NCBI RefSeq assembly: GCF_004010195.1 | Contig: NC_057753.1 | Span: 7,560,130-7,624,129, forward strand | DNA from: Chiloscyllium plagiosum | Lineage: Eukaryota | Reading direction: 5' to 3' | DNA: 64,000 bases | Shown: in pieces, positions 13,712 through 27,191 of the stretch | Layout: every line of letters starts with the position of its first letter | Position numbering within the stretch: position 1 is the first letter of the stretch | Program-made: the position numbers and the translations under genes | Notes under the pieces: generated by a model | Seen by the model: the letters and a program-made list of their open reading frames with translations, nothing else | What the model was told of the DNA's origin: nothing | Databases searched by the model: none

Positions 13712-14465
13712 ACAGTATAGAATGAAGGCAGGTGGCAGATAAAAGCTCTGAGACTCGGAAGTTTTCCCGAGGACATGACGTGTTAGTACTGTTAATGTAA
13801 TAGGATATCCCTTCAAAGGCAAGTTTGGTGGTCCCAGTGAAATGGAGAAAAAAAATTGAGTCAGATTAATTATTTACTAAAGATGCAAGATTGAAAGAAA
13901 AGGTATCGAGTATGTTATGTGAACGTGTTGAAACTTTATTACACGATAGGGACAACTGGAGAAACAGGTGTTAGTTACTGCCTTGCTGAGTGAGGAATCA
14001 AATCCAGACGATGCGGATTTTGAGTGCCTCAAACTCGGTTAAGAAATGAAAAATTCCTTGAGGAGTCCAATAGGTTTGTATGCTTTTTGTCTCAGGAGCA
14101 TAGAACAGAGTTGAAAGAGTTGTTACTTCAGTGCAAGAACATATGGAAGAATTAGATGGGGAGGACCTATGCCATTTTACAAGAGGTAGATTTAAGGAAC
14201 ACTGCTCCGATAAAACAACACCCCTATAGGCTATATCCTTTCAAAGGCAGACGGGTCTAGTAAGAGGTGGATGCCATGCTCGAAGAGGACCTCATCGAAC
14301 TTGGCCAGAGCGAGTGGAGTTCACTGATCATCTTAGTTCCCAAACCGGTCTGGACTCAATGATTCTGTGTGGATTACCAGAGGACAACGCAGTTCCAAAA
14401 TCTGACTCATGTCCAATTCCTAGATTGGAGGACTATATAGAGAAAGTCAGGCAAGCCAGTTACAA

Positions 14466-16146
14466 GCACTAAATGAGCTTTTTGCTTCGATACTCACCAA
14501 GGAAAGGGAACTTGTTATAAGTGAAAATTTAGAAGAGCTGGGATACAGTCTTGACCAGATCAAGATTGATAATGTTGATGTGCTAGAAATTTTGGAAAGC
14601 ATTAAGAATGATAAGTCCCCAGGGCCAGACCAAGTTTATCCTGGTCTGCTCCGGGAAGCGAGAAAGGAGACTGCTAAGCCGCTGGTGAGGATATTTGCCT
14701 CCTCACTCTCCACGGGAATTGTACCGGAGGATTGGAAGGAAGCGAATGTTGTTCCTCTTTACAAGAAGGACAATAGGGAAATCGCTGGCAATTACAAACC
14801 AGTCAGTCTTGCGTCTGTGGTCAGCAACGTTTTTGTAAAGAATTCTGAGGGATAGGATTTATGACTATTTGGTAAAGCATAGTGTAAGTAAAGGCAGTCA
14901 GCATGGCTTTGTGAGGGGCAGGTTATGCCTCACAAAGCTTATTGAGTTCTTTGTGGAGGTGTCAAGACAGGTCAACGACGGTCGAGCAGTGAATGTGGTA
15001 TATATGGATTTCAGCAAGGCATTTGATAGGGTTCCCATGGTAGGCTCATTCATAAAGTCAGGAAGCATGGGGTACAGGGAGATTTGGCCGGCTGACAGAA
15101 GGCAGGGAGTGGTTGTAGATGGAAAGAATTCTGCCTGGAGGTCAGTGTTGAATGGGGTCCCTCAGGGCTCTGTACTTGGGCCTTTACTCTTTGTAGTTTT
15201 TACAAATTACTTGGATGAGGAGGTCCAGGGGAGGGTTAATAAATTTGCAGATGACACAAAGGTTGGAGGTGTCGTCGAACGTATAGAGGGCTACTGCATG
15301 CTTCAGCGCGACATAGGCAGAATGCAGAGCTGGGCTGAGAAATGGCAGATGGAGTTCAACCTGGATAAATACGAAGTGATGCATTTGGGAAGGTCGCACT
15401 CGAATGCTGAATTTAGGATTAAAGACAGGATTCTTGGCAGTGTGGAAGAATAGAGGGATCTGGGTGTGCAAGTACATAGATCCCACAATATCGCCACCCA
15501 AGTGTATAAGGATGTTAAGAAAGCATATGGTGTTCGGTCTTTCACCAACAAGTGGATAGAATTTAAGAGCCTTGAGGTTTTGCTGCCTATCTACCAGTCT
15601 CTAGTAAGGCCACTTGGAATATTGTGTCCAGTTCTGGTCGCCCTACTATAGGAAAGATACAGAGGCTTTGGAGAGGGTGCAAAAAAGGTTTCCCAGGATG
15701 CTGCCTGGACAGGAGGGCTTGCCTTATGAAGAAAGTTTGAATAGACTCGGATTTTCCTCTCTGCAGAGGAGAAAGAAGAGAGGAGGCCTCATACAAGTGT
15801 ACAAAATGATGAGAGGAATAGATAGAGTCAATAGCCAGAGACTTTTCGCCAGGCCAGAATTGACTGGTACGAAAAGTCATAGTTTGAAGATATTAGGAGG
15901 AAGTTATAATGGAGACGTCAGAGGGATGTTTTTTACACAGAGAGTTGTGAATGCATGGAATGCGTTACAAGCGGTGGTGGTGGAAACAGAGTCATTGGGG
16001 ACATTTAAGCGACTGCTCTTCATGTACATGGAGAGCAGTGAGTTGTGGGGTATGTTGGTTGTTACGATATTTTACATTAGGATTAAATCTCGGCACAACA
16101 TCGTGGGCCAAAGGGCATGTTCTGTGATACACATTTCTGTGTTCTA
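14466..16146 (+). mobile_element. CR1 LINE (5'-truncated) nested in the RT of copy 1
   Basis: [45 protein letters not shown] in ORFs 14580-16429. The host RT resumes at tcacaaagttgg. Confidence 0.95.
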
Positions 16147-16323
16147 TCACAAAGTTGGGCTTAATGTGTTTTTAATGGCCGGTGCCTTTATCAGAGATGG
16201 TGAAAGTAAATCCTACGTTTGTAACTACAAATGTGCTGTATCAGGTAGAAGTGACGCGCTTTGGAATAGAGAAAGCACTCTCCACATTCCAAAGAGTTTT
16301 GTCTTGGTTATCAAACTGTGCAG

Positions 16324-16409
16324 AAAATGTGTTGATGGAAAAGCGCAGCAGGTCAGGCAGCATCCAAGGAGCAGGAGAATCGACGTTTCCGGCATGAGCC
16401 TTCTTCAGG
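16324..16409 (-). mobile_element. 86-bp PLE-tail insertion with hammerhead core and 11-bp TSD
   Basis: AAACTGTGCAG (16313-16323) and AAACCGTGCAG (16410-16420). Minus strand reads CTGAAGA A GGC TCAT GCC G GAAA CG TC. Confidence 0.85.
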
Positions 16410-17342
16410 AAACCGTGCAGTCCATGTGAACGATGCAGTGATCTTTAGTATGTCCTGGCAATATCACATTGTACAGTTGGCAGAGCTCTTTTAACGACTA
16501 CGAGAAGCAAAACTGGAAATAAACCTAAATAAAGTGGAATTCGCGAAACCAGAGGTTACGTTCCTGGGACAAAAAGTTGATCATGGAAGGTTGACCCACG
16601 GAATGCAAAGACGGAGGTCATCAATGAATTTTCACGACAAACCTCGAAGAAGGATTCAGCGGATTCTATCAGAAGACCGTTACAAACGTCAGCAGTGTAG
16701 TGGGACCGTTAAACATTTTGCTGAAGAAGACTCACAAAGATGCAGTGGACAGGACCATGCCACGAGGCATTCGACCATTGGAAATCTATACGAACCAACA
16801 AACCAGTTTTAGTTGCATCAAACATTACAAAGCCTTTTAAGGTCGCCACCGATGCTAGTGGCACTCCAGTTAGAGCTGTACCCGGACAGGAAGATGTGAA
16901 TGGGAATGAACTGCCAGTTAATTACTTTTGAAGAAGACCAGCATCCACGTGAGGAAAGCCTATTGAATTTGGCACTGACCTTACAACAATTTAATGTGTA
17001 TGTCACGAACAATGTGTCAGACACGGTTGTGTACACTGACCACAATCCGCTGACATTCTTAGAAGGTTTTTGAGATGAGATCATGAGACCATTTTGTTGG
17101 AGTCTCATTTACAGATTTGTAATTTAAAAATCATAAATGTTACTGGTCGGAAAAATGTAATCACAGATTTGTTATCGTCAATTTAACTGATTAGTTAAGA
17201 TCAGATTTGTTTTTATTTGATGTTATGCATATATAGGTATCTCTGAAGAAGTTAAGGGAGACTCATCTAATGTGTCTGAAAAAGTAGAGAAAAAAATGAA
17301 GCAATCATTTCATTATGTTGGTTCTTTTCTTGAGGATGGAGA

Positions 17343-17985
17343 TGCTATATAGGTGTGAGTGAACTATACCTTTTAAGAGAGTTAAAAGCGAGCAGTGGCA
17401 GCACCACGTGTTCTCAGTAAGACATAATCTAACATGCGCTCCAGCTACTGGAGTAGCTGGTTGCCCAGAAACGGCAAAAAAATTCTAATATGGCCAATCA
17501 GTTAAAATGATACCCCCGGAAAAAATAGTCGAATCAAGTCTGAATTGAATATTTTGACAATCTTAAAAACAAATAATACAATCTGATGCTCTGGAGTATA
17601 AGACCGGGTACACAGCCAAGCCCAGCATGGAAACAGCCTGCATGATAATAATTCTCCGAAAAGAAGAAAAGATGACACAGGAAGAGCAGGTCGAAGAAAC
17701 AAAAGCTGTCTGGTTTTGAGAAAAGAAGTTTTGTGTTGTAAATCTTAATTGGGAGTTTTATCGGACGAGAATTAAAGAAGGGAAGTTAAAAGCTAGGTTA
17801 GAGAAGGAATTGTAAATAGTTGTCAGTTAATAATTCTCTGTCATCCTTTACAAAATACAATTCTTAATTTTTACTTTAAATAGTTCTTGGCCGCTCGTTT
17901 TTGTTTACTGATTTCTGCACTGGATAAATATTTTCTATTTTGCTGATGTTAAATTAAACAGGAGTATTTTCCCCATTTTGCAACA
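17343..17985 (+). repeat. 3' LTR of copy 1
   Basis: TG...CA termini, preceded by purine-rich GAGGATGGAGA; homologous to the other LTRs. Confidence 0.88.
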
Positions 17986-18170
17986 GTATTAGTGTGAGAA
18001 CCTGAGAGTTTGTAATGGTGTTCATGTGTTAGCGTGTGGTTTTGTCTGCCTGTATTCATCTGTATGTGCACCTGTGAGTTTGTACCCATCTTTAAGCATG
18101 TGTATGAGTGCGTGCATTTGTGGTGTCTGCCTCAGTGTGCATATAAGTGCGTGCATTTCGGAGTCTGTGT
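17986..18170. repeat. Degenerate GT-rich simple repeat
   Basis: gtattagtgtg / tgtatgtgca motifs. Confidence 0.75.
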
Positions 18171-20300
18171 GGCCTACCATGGTGCCAGGAGTTCTGAGTA
18201 GTCTGGCAGTAATTTCCGAGATGTTGGGGATAGTGGCTATGGTTGGGAATAGTGGCTTTGGTTTCTGGAACTGCTTTAGCTACTTGATTGAATTTGCTGC
18301 TGAGAAATCGGCAGACTGTGTTCATTAGGTACCCGTTGTTTTTGAATATACTGTGTAGGTGATTTTTCTCTACACTTCGTAGTTTCTCTGTGCTGCAGTG
18401 TGTAGTGGATCATTGAAGTAACGTTCGAAGGCAGCTTCGTTTGCAAGTGTTACAGTGATTGATTCTACATAGAACATAGAACATAGAAGAATACAGCGCA
18501 GTACAGGCCCTTTGGCCCTCGATGTAGCGCCGATCCAAGCCCACCTAACCTATACTAACCCACTATCCTCCATATACCTATCCAATGCCCGCTTAAATGC
18601 CCATAAAGAGGGAGAGTCCACCACTGCTACTGGCAGGGCATTCCATGAACTTACGACTCGCTGAGTGAAGAACCTACCCCTAACTTCAGTCCTATATCTA
18701 CCCCCCCTTAATTTAAAGCTATGCCCCCTTGTAATACCCGACTCCATACGCGGGAAAAGGTTCACACTGTCAACCCTATCTAACCCCCTAATCATCTTGT
18801 ACACCTCAATCAAGTCACCCCTAAACCGTCTTTTCTCTAATGAAAACAGCCCCAAGTGTCTCAGTCTTTCCTCATACGATCTTCATATTTCTGTTCAGTC
18901 CACCAGTCTATGTCCTGCTGAAGTCTGTGACCATCTTACTCATTCTTCAGCATGAAGATGAGTGGAGTCGTTATTTTATAATCTAAGAATTATGTATTTC
19001 ACTTGCATTTCTGCCCTTGTGTAAGTTGGTTGTAAGTCTGAATCTCACTCTGGTAAGAATGGATCTTCAGATTTGCCACCTTTCTGCCCAGCTCTGCAGC
19101 TTCTCTATATCCTGCTGTAACCTGCCACATCCTTCCTCAAAGTCAACAACTCCTCCGATTCTGTAGTTCAGTACTTTATCCATATATGTTGTTGTGCTGT
19201 TGACGCTGGTTTGAAGTTCTCTACTGGTTGTTCGCTCTATTTCGACATCTAGGAATGGCAGCTTGTTATTGTTTTCCCCCTGTTTGTGAATTTTATGCCA
19301 ATTAATGGTAATTGAAGTAATGGTAATAGTAAGGCATAGGTCCACTAGTTTGACGATATTGTCCTTGCTGTTGAAGTGGGTGGTGTTTGGTAAATGTGTC
19401 TTTGGTTATTCTGATAAAGTAGTCAGTCTTTCCTTGGGCAGGTTGATGTTGTTGGTTATGAACAGGACTATTACATCAAAGGAAAGCATAATTTCATCCT
19501 CTTCTATCTTAGTGTCTTTGATGAGCTTCAAGAACTCTTGGGTGGAGCGGACGGAGTGGCATGAGTTGTCTGTTAAGTGCTTTAGGCTTTAGTATATCTT
19601 GTTGGCCCATCTGTAAGTTGGTGTTCCATGTAGCGAGACGTTGGTCTGGGAGGGGCTCCTGGTTTGTGAAGTTTGATTATTGCGTAGAAGTGTGGTGTGA
19701 TGGACCCATACCGTTTCATTATTTTCGAAGTCAGTCTTATGTATTTATCCCAGTTTCTGAAGTTGTTTTGAGTAGGGCTGTGATTCGTTTCATTACTTGT
19801 GGGGTTGTGTCCATCACCGCTTGTTGGTAAGTGTGCTATCTGCAAGTAGTGCATTCGCTTTGCCAGTGTAGTCTCTTTGATTTCAAATGACTGTCAAGCG
19901 TCCTTTGTCTGCATGTAGGATAAAAATGTTTTTATGATTTTTTACTCTTTCTCGTGCTTTCATTTCTTGTCTTTTGAGTGTGTTTCCTTCCTTGTTCCTG
20001 CTTAATATAGGTGTGGCTGTCTGTCTGATGGTTGGCTGTGTTTCTTCTGTGAGTTGGTACTATTTCAGTGTTGTTTCTAATGCTGCTAAGAAATCTTCCT
20101 TGTCCGCATCCTGGAAGTTGTAATTTAATCCTCTTAATAAGACAGCTTCCTCATTGTTGGTTGACGTTAGGTGAGGTAAGGATTTTTAAAATCCCTCATT
20201 CTGTGTTGTCTGTGCTGTTATTTTGTGTAAGTTTGTCCAATTATTTTTCTACTGTTCTAGTTTTTGTTTCATTTTCTGACATTATTCACAGACGTTAAAT
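18170..20300 (-). mobile_element. Decayed PLE (RT region), interrupted by CR1
   Basis: Minus ORFs give TPHFYAIIKLHKPGAPPRP, ENNNKLPFLDVEIER and MNTVCRFLS; related to the PLE at 35450. Confidence 0.85.
18466..19160 (-). mobile_element. Young CR1 3' end plus an RT fragment
   Basis: ORF 18550-18855 GLFSLEKRRFRGDLIEVYK...FFTQRVV. Tail repeats (atagaac)n. Very similar to 62691-63090. 19068-19160 encodes GCGRLQQDIEKLQSWAERWQ. Confidence 0.92.
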
Positions 20301-20379
20301 GAAAAAATAAGTCAAATTGGGAGTGGTTAGGCCGAACCCTGAGGGTTTTTTTTGTCTTCTTCTGCTCATTTCTCAGCAG

Positions 20380-21420
20380 CAACATCCATCAGAGAAAACT
20401 GTTCTGTGTCTTCAAAGACATTGTTTGAAGAAGGAATCGTCTGTACAAAGAAGGTTCAGAAACCTGAAGGCGACGGTCGGCTCATTGTTACAGCCTGCTC
20501 CTGCACCACTGAACTTGTTTCTGCATATCTTGAAATCGTCCTTTCTCCCTTCATCCCAGAACTCTCACCTCCGTTATGGACACAACCACCACCCTCCACC
20601 TCCCTCTGAATTTTCATTTCCCCACACCACAACTTCTCATCCAGTCCCCGTATATATCCATCTGCCATGACAAGAAGTACAAAACCTGCGCCGATACTAA
20701 CCCCCCCCCCCCCCTCACGCCCACCACATTCATTCCAAGACCCCAAAGGTTCATTCCACATCTGACAGACATTCACCTGTAATTCCACACACATCATTTT
20801 TTGTGTCCATTTCTCCCAATATTGTCTTCCCTGCGTTGTAAACATAGGATGCCAGCTTTCCGATCGTTTCAGAGAACATCTCTGGGACACCTCAAAGAAA
20901 TAACCTCACCGCCCAGTGGCTGAACGCTTCATATCCCCTCCCACTCAAGTAAAGACATGCGCATCCTGGGCCTTTTCCACCGCCAAAGGCCTATCAGCCG
21001 ACGCCTGCAGGAGGAACGCCTCAACGTCGGAATTTGGACTCTCCACCATTCTGGATCATTCTGAATATCACCAGTTTCCACATTTCGCCTCCCCATCTTA
21101 TCCTAGGTCCAAACATGCAACTCAGCATCACCATCTTGATTGTCCTACCTTTCCAGCTTCCTTCTCACTGATATGCTCCACTCTCCTCTCCAACCTGTCA
21201 ACTTTATCTCACCTTCATCTGCCTATTGCATTCCCAGATACATTCCCACAAGCCCCATCTTCCCCCATTTGTCTTTCAGCCCCCTTTGGACGCTCGCCTC
21301 TTTCCTGATGAAAAGCATATGCTCGGTTATCCTGTTCCTCGGATGCTGCCTGACCGGCTGTTTGTTTCCAGCACCACGTTTTTTGACACTGGAGTATTCA
21401 CAGGCTTTCATATTTTCTCC
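20380..21420 (+). mobile_element. Decayed, internally deleted PLE
   Basis: GRLIVTACSCTTELVS (RT), CHDKKYKTC linker, FTCNSTHIIFC...DRFREH (GIY-YIG), and a tail with CTGATGA at 21305. Confidence 0.8.
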
Positions 21421-21799
21421 AGAAATGGATCGTCGGTGGTTTGGTGACATAGTGATTCCAACAAAGGGTTGTATTGTTTCACTGTAAAAGAAGGACCTGA
21501 TGAGAGACTCTGAGACTTTGATTAATTACTTTATTGAAACCATTAGTTAATTAATTATTACATTCATTAATTATTTTGTTCGTTCATTCCTTCCTTCCTT
21601 CATTCATTCATTCCAATTTACTTCCAAAGAATCCCGCTGAAGCCAGAATAACACAGCGACTCAACAGTCATAGAGACATGGAATCAAACAGCACACAGAC
21701 AGGCCTTCCACGCAAAAACATGACCATCAGTATTTTATCAGTTAAATACAGAATGGACAGACGGGAGAAAGCAGGAAATGGCTTAAGGGAATTTAATAT

Positions 21800-22185
21800 A
21801 TTGACACTCAAAGCAAGAGAAAGCTCAGTACACAGATACACGGAGGCATATACAGGAGTACATGAAAATAATCTAATGCACATATTCGTATACACTAGTA
21901 AACACATACAGTGATAAACAGACACAGATAGTTCAGCAGATACAGAAACAAAAACACACAGGCACACATAATCGCACGTATGCACAACTAAGTACAGACG
22001 CACGCAAACAGAAATAGAAACGAACACACACAAACATGGATACATACAGGCACTCGGAAACACTCACAAAGACAGACACACGAGAACCAAACACGCAGAA
22101 ACATATGAACGGACAGACACACTGACAGCCGCAGAGAGACACAGAAACATAGACAGATAGGGACACACTGAGCCACACATTTAGA
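21800..22185. repeat. Degenerate CA-rich simple repeat
   Basis: Direct reading. Confidence 0.85.
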
Positions 22186-22194
22186 CATTTATTA

Positions 22195-22600
22195 GGTAAG
22201 ATTAGAACAGGGACGGCTGACTGGAGACGTCACTAAAATGTACAAGGTTGTGAAGCGTTTTGGCAAAGTCAGCAAGAATGTTCTATTTCTCACAGTGACG
22301 TCTTCAATAACTTGGGAATCAGGTTTACATTATTTGTTGAAGGAACAAAGAGGAGATGAGGAAAACTGTTTTTTTCTTTTAACGCAGAGGATAACAGATC
22401 TCTGCAACTCACAGTGTGAAAGTAGAGTAGACGGAGAACATTCAACCTTTTTACAGGTGTATCGGTCTACATCTAAGGTCTCATAATCTCCAGGGAGTTG
22501 GGCTACGTACTGCAAAATGTGTGAGGCTAGATGCTCAATTGTCCATGCAGATATGATGGGCAGTTTGGCTGCCTTCAGTGTGATAAATCAACGATTTATA
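22195..22600 (+). mobile_element. Old CR1 3' fragment
   Basis: ORF 22238-22486 MYKVVKRF...FFLLTQRITDLCNS, preceded by GDVTK. Confidence 0.65.
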
Positions 22601-25027
22601 GATATTTCCAGATATTGTAATTATCGGAGATGAGCATGTGCAGGGATGAGGCGAGCTCAGTGAGGAGCAACATGAGACTTGCCCTTGAGGAGAACCAGCA
22701 CAGTTTTGATGGGTCAGTGATATTCTTCACTGACTTAATATTTCTATGGTTCTCCATGCACATGATGTATCTATCTGCAATGCCGACAATATTGAAAGAT
22801 GTTGCACAGCACGTTAATGTTGGACCACTTTGCAGCCTGTGACTCTAAAAACGTTCTGGTACAAATCACCCTGTACCTGTAGATATTGAACTGTACTACA
22901 GAAGGTTTCAATACCTTAATGTCAGAAGTAGCATTTCTTTCAGGAGGATAGGTTGTGCAGCCAACTAAAAGTCATTCATTTCCTACCCCGCTTCACCCCC
23001 GGCCCCCCTCCGCCCCACCAACCATACTGTGCTGAATGTCATTATCGCTGAGAACAGATGATATTGATATGATATTAGATTTGCTTCGTAAACGTCGTCT
23101 GACGAGAAAATTAAAGACTTGGCTTGGTGTATTGTCGAGATATGTTTGTAAGTACAGTGGAAAGCTTTGTTTTGTGAGAAACAAAGATCGTAGTCAGATC
23201 AAGCGAGACATAAAAGTTTACAAGTGTGCAGGAGTTGCGCGAAGCAAGGTGAACATTAGTAAAATTAATATTAGTTGAATTTAGAGAGTCTGTTCATTAG
23301 TCTAATCGTAACAGGGAAGAAGCCCTTGTCCATGTGTTCAAGGTTTCGTGTTTCTGACTGATGGAAGAGTTTGGAAGACAGCATTCAGATGCTATCTTAT
23401 TCATTCTGAATGTTCAGATTTGTTTTGTTTTGACATCCACAATTTATGTACCTGTAATTCGATCGTCACACTGCGACAGCGGGGAATTTATTTAGACCAC
23501 TTCTCCATATATGTAATTTAATATTTACCTCTTTGAATGTCATTGCCCCGGCATAAAACTGACTTTACTGATGAGAATGTAACAGCATATTCTGATCAAA
23601 AACAATAGCAATAATAGCGTACGAAATGATCTAATTCCCAACGAATTCACTGCAAGGATGCTCAGAATATTGATGGTATTAAGGTAGGCCTGAGTTTTAA
23701 AGTGTTTCTTAAGGGATGTTGCATGGTCAAATTGCACTTCATTCCCTACTACTCATCTTATTGCCCCTGGTGAGCCAACATACTGACAACAAACTTAGTA
23801 ACACGTTTGCTACTTAATGGAAGTGATCATATTTCAAAAAAAAACTTACCTTGGCTGAAAAGGAATTTTGGAGTCTATACTAACAAATGCATTATTTCTT
23901 TAAATTCGTCGAATTAGTTGATCTCTCCCTTCCCGCACCTGTGTTTCAATAACCTGCTGAAATGAAATGTCATTTGGAGCGTCTCACTGTCATTCCAATA
24001 TGGCCAGTGACAGGCAATGTCCCATCACGCATGTCTGATAAGTACCATGCTGTGAGATATTGCTTTAAACATCTAAGAAATTGGACAGCTTTCATCTTGA
24101 AGATAGGATGCAGATAATGATGAAAGACATATTAAATGATGATTGTCCATGTCAAAAGGTCGTTTTGCTTCCCTGATCAGCTTGTCGCTATGAATATTTT
24201 TAACAGTTCTATGAAAATGGATGATGTATTGTATTTTTACAAAGTTATTTTCAGCTCTTTCGCAAATGCATTTGGTCGTTGAATTTGCATAATAACTATA
24301 AGTTGTAGTCAAAATTACCTGGCTCAACGTCATCTTGTCTATTTTCTCAATCAGTTATTATTAACCAGTGGTGGCTTGTTTAGTGCCTTCTGCAGATACA
24401 GTTGAAATAACTTAGATTATATTATAACAAAGAACACCTGATTAGGTAACTTCTGTATAGAGAGAGAAAAACAGAGATAAAGTTTCGAGTCTGTGCGTTG
24501 TATTAGAAAAGGGAAATTTGAAAATGTAACAGTATTCTGGTAGGATAAAGTCTAGAAGAAATGTGTGACACAAGAGAGGCTGAATGACAGAAGAGTGAGT
24601 GCTTCAGGTTCAAAATGAATAGTGAAGGGACAAGCAAAGAAACAGACACAAAATATGTTCCTCTAGCAGATGTACCACTAACTAAAAAGCATCAAAACAA
24701 AACTTAGATATGTAAACACATTTTCAGTGTAGCATCTGAAATTTAAGAAGTCAGTGATGAAACAGACGCTGCTCAGTGTGTATTTGAAATTTAACTTTTT
24801 CTAAATTTTACTTTGAGCGACACATGTATAATGCAATACCGTCAAGAACATAAATGCCAGTGTGAGACCAGTGAAATTGAATAAAATGAGAGGAGGCTAG
24901 TAGAAGGTCTGAATGCAATCAGAAAGGGAACGTTACACAAAACGGTCGTTCAATCAAAGTCTGGACTCCACAATGTAGAGATAATCACGTTACAGCGAGT
25001 TTTTCTTAAGCGAGAAAGAGTTCGACT

Positions 25028-25305
25028 ACTGACAGTGTGGAAACAGGCTCTTCGGCCCAACAAATCCACACCGACCGTCTGAAGCGCAACCCATCCAGAC
25101 CCATTCCCCTACACTTAACACTACGGGCAATTTAGCATGGCCAATTGACCTGACCAGCACATTTTTGGACTGTGGGAGGAAACCGGAGCAAACCCGCGCA
25201 GACACGGGGAGACTGTGCAAACTCTACACCGCCTAAGGTGGGAATTGGACCCGGGTCTCTAGCGCTGTATAGCAGCACTGCTCGCCACTGTGCCCACCGT
25301 GCCAC
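25028..25305 (-). mobile_element. HE1-type SINE
   Basis: Reverse complement of the full SINE, including head and tail. Confidence 0.9.
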
Positions 25306-26544
25306 TCTTTAACGCTGAAAATCCTGAAGGCTAGCGGTAAAAAAAATTAAGATTCTGAAAAATGCGTGCTGGAAGGTTGACTTTTTGGGACTCCTTCTAC
25401 TATCTCTGAACGTGAAACACTAGGAGATGTACCTCGTGCCTGGAAACACTCAACAGTGAAATGGCGAACTTTTATTTTGCAGTTCAAGCCATTTCAGAAA
25501 GTAAGTGAAATACCAAAATAAAAAGCCTATGTAAAAGATCCGGAGGGAGTGATCTGTGCTTTTCAAAACAATTCAGGCTACTCTTTATGTTTTATTTCAT
25601 ATAACAATGCATTTTCAAATGCTGCAACTCGTAGATTATTGGACAGCAGTCTGTCTGCAGAGGGAATTTCACCACAGGCGAAATTTGAATTCCAAACAGA
25701 TTGTCTCAGAGAATTCCAGTTACCATTGACAGAAACTGAACCACATTGAGGCGTGAGAGTCGAAATTTCATGGGTTTGTTTTTGTGATAGCTGATTTAAA
25801 TATGTACAACAAGGGGAGAAAATATATTATGTAGTACCTGAAATCAGCTCCCAATATCCCAAATCGCCACAGACAGTGACACTGTTTTTTTTTTGATATG
25901 TCAATTTTGTAGTCATTCTGGAATCTGAGAGGCCACTTGTGCAGAACTATATCTCACTAAAGCAAGAATGCATTAATCACATCTTCTTTACCTTCGGTTA
26001 TGTGGTCAAATTGCATATGAACGTGATGGAAAATATTCCACTGTAGCACTATGATGATAGATGGATTGTGACAAGACGAATGTCTTTCCTGCACCAAATC
26101 TAGGAGTAGTTGTGTTATTGACTAGAGTTGAAATCCCCTGGAAATATACATGTGTTCAGTTACAGTACGATGGTCTGTGTTGTTCACGTGGATTGAAATT
26201 TGCTGGGCGCATAGTTGCTTGCTGTTACTATAAGAGGGGAAAAGCCCAGAATACTCTCTGGTGAACATAAAACAGTTCTCTTGTTTTCACCACTTCCCCT
26301 ATTGATTAGTCTGAGGACATGTTGAAAAGTGGACTGTTCTCCAATCACTAAATTCTTTTCCACATATCAAGAGCTACGAATTATCAAACTCAAGGGATGC
26401 GTGACGTCAAAAGATGCTTTTTTTATGTTTTGCAATTCCACGTCCAGCCGAAAGTACCACGTACATCGGCATCCCCACTTGATGAGCAAAACATCACCAT
26501 TAAGGAGACCAGTGGAGAACAGTCAGAGAAGCGCAAAACGCCGA

Positions 26545-27191
26545 ATGTGAATGTGCATCAGCATGTTCATATTAGCATATGTATCTATGAATCTGTATTC
26601 GTGTGTATCCATCTGTATTAGTTTGATATCTGAGAGTCTGTGTTTGTGCATATGCTTATTAGTGTGCACTTATCTTTGTAACCGAGTTAGTGTGTATATC
26701 TTGGTGTCAGTAGTCGTGTGTGTACTGTAACTCTGCAGTAATAGTGTGTGTGAATACGTGTGTGGACCTGTTAGTCTGCATTAGTATGTGCATCTGCCTG
26801 CATGTATTGTTGTGTGCATGACAGTCTATCTGTATGTGCATTTGTATTCCTCTGTGTATTAGTGCAGGTACATGTGTGCGTTTATTAGTGTGTGCGTCTG
26901 TGAGTTTGTGTTAATGTGTGTGCATTAGTGTATGGACCCGTGAGTCTGGATTGGTGTGCATGTGTTAGGATGTGTATCTGCGTGTCCATATTAATGGGTA
27001 TGTTAGTCTTTGCAGCTGCGAGTTTGTATTCAGCCTTACACATGTGTATGGGAGTGCTCTTCTGTGTGTCTGCATCAATGTGTGTATATTACTGTGCATA
27101 TTTGTTAGACTGTGTTAATGTGAGTTAGTGTATTAGTGAGTTTATCTGTGTGTTCAAGGTGTGTTTATCCGTGAGTATATATCAGTGGGGT
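26545..27191. repeat. Degenerate GT-rich simple repeat
   Basis: Direct reading; gtattagtg motifs as at 17986-18170. Confidence 0.85.

Larger units (their letters stand above)
9641..17985 (+). mobile_element. Gmr1-like Gypsy LTR retrotransposon, copy 1 (decayed, four nested insertions)
   Basis: 5' LTR ~9641-10255 (start truncated). gag from ~10432 with EEYRQRFRN and knuckle CFHCSKVEH. Integrase zinc finger HWPGMNKDAVNFCQTCQTC and core at 12770-13550. RT 14200-14465 plus 16146-16750. RNase H PFKVATDAS at ~16830. Purine-rich tract 17332-17342. 3' LTR 17343-17985. Confidence 0.9.

Noticed and set aside
15614..16429. 271-aa ORF as a novel fusion protein
   Set aside because: Chance read-through from the CR1 C-terminus into out-of-frame Gypsy RT and an antisense PLE tail.
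21668..22188. Cys/Val-rich ORFs (also at 18026 and 26916)
   Set aside because: Translations of degenerate (GT/CA)n tracts.
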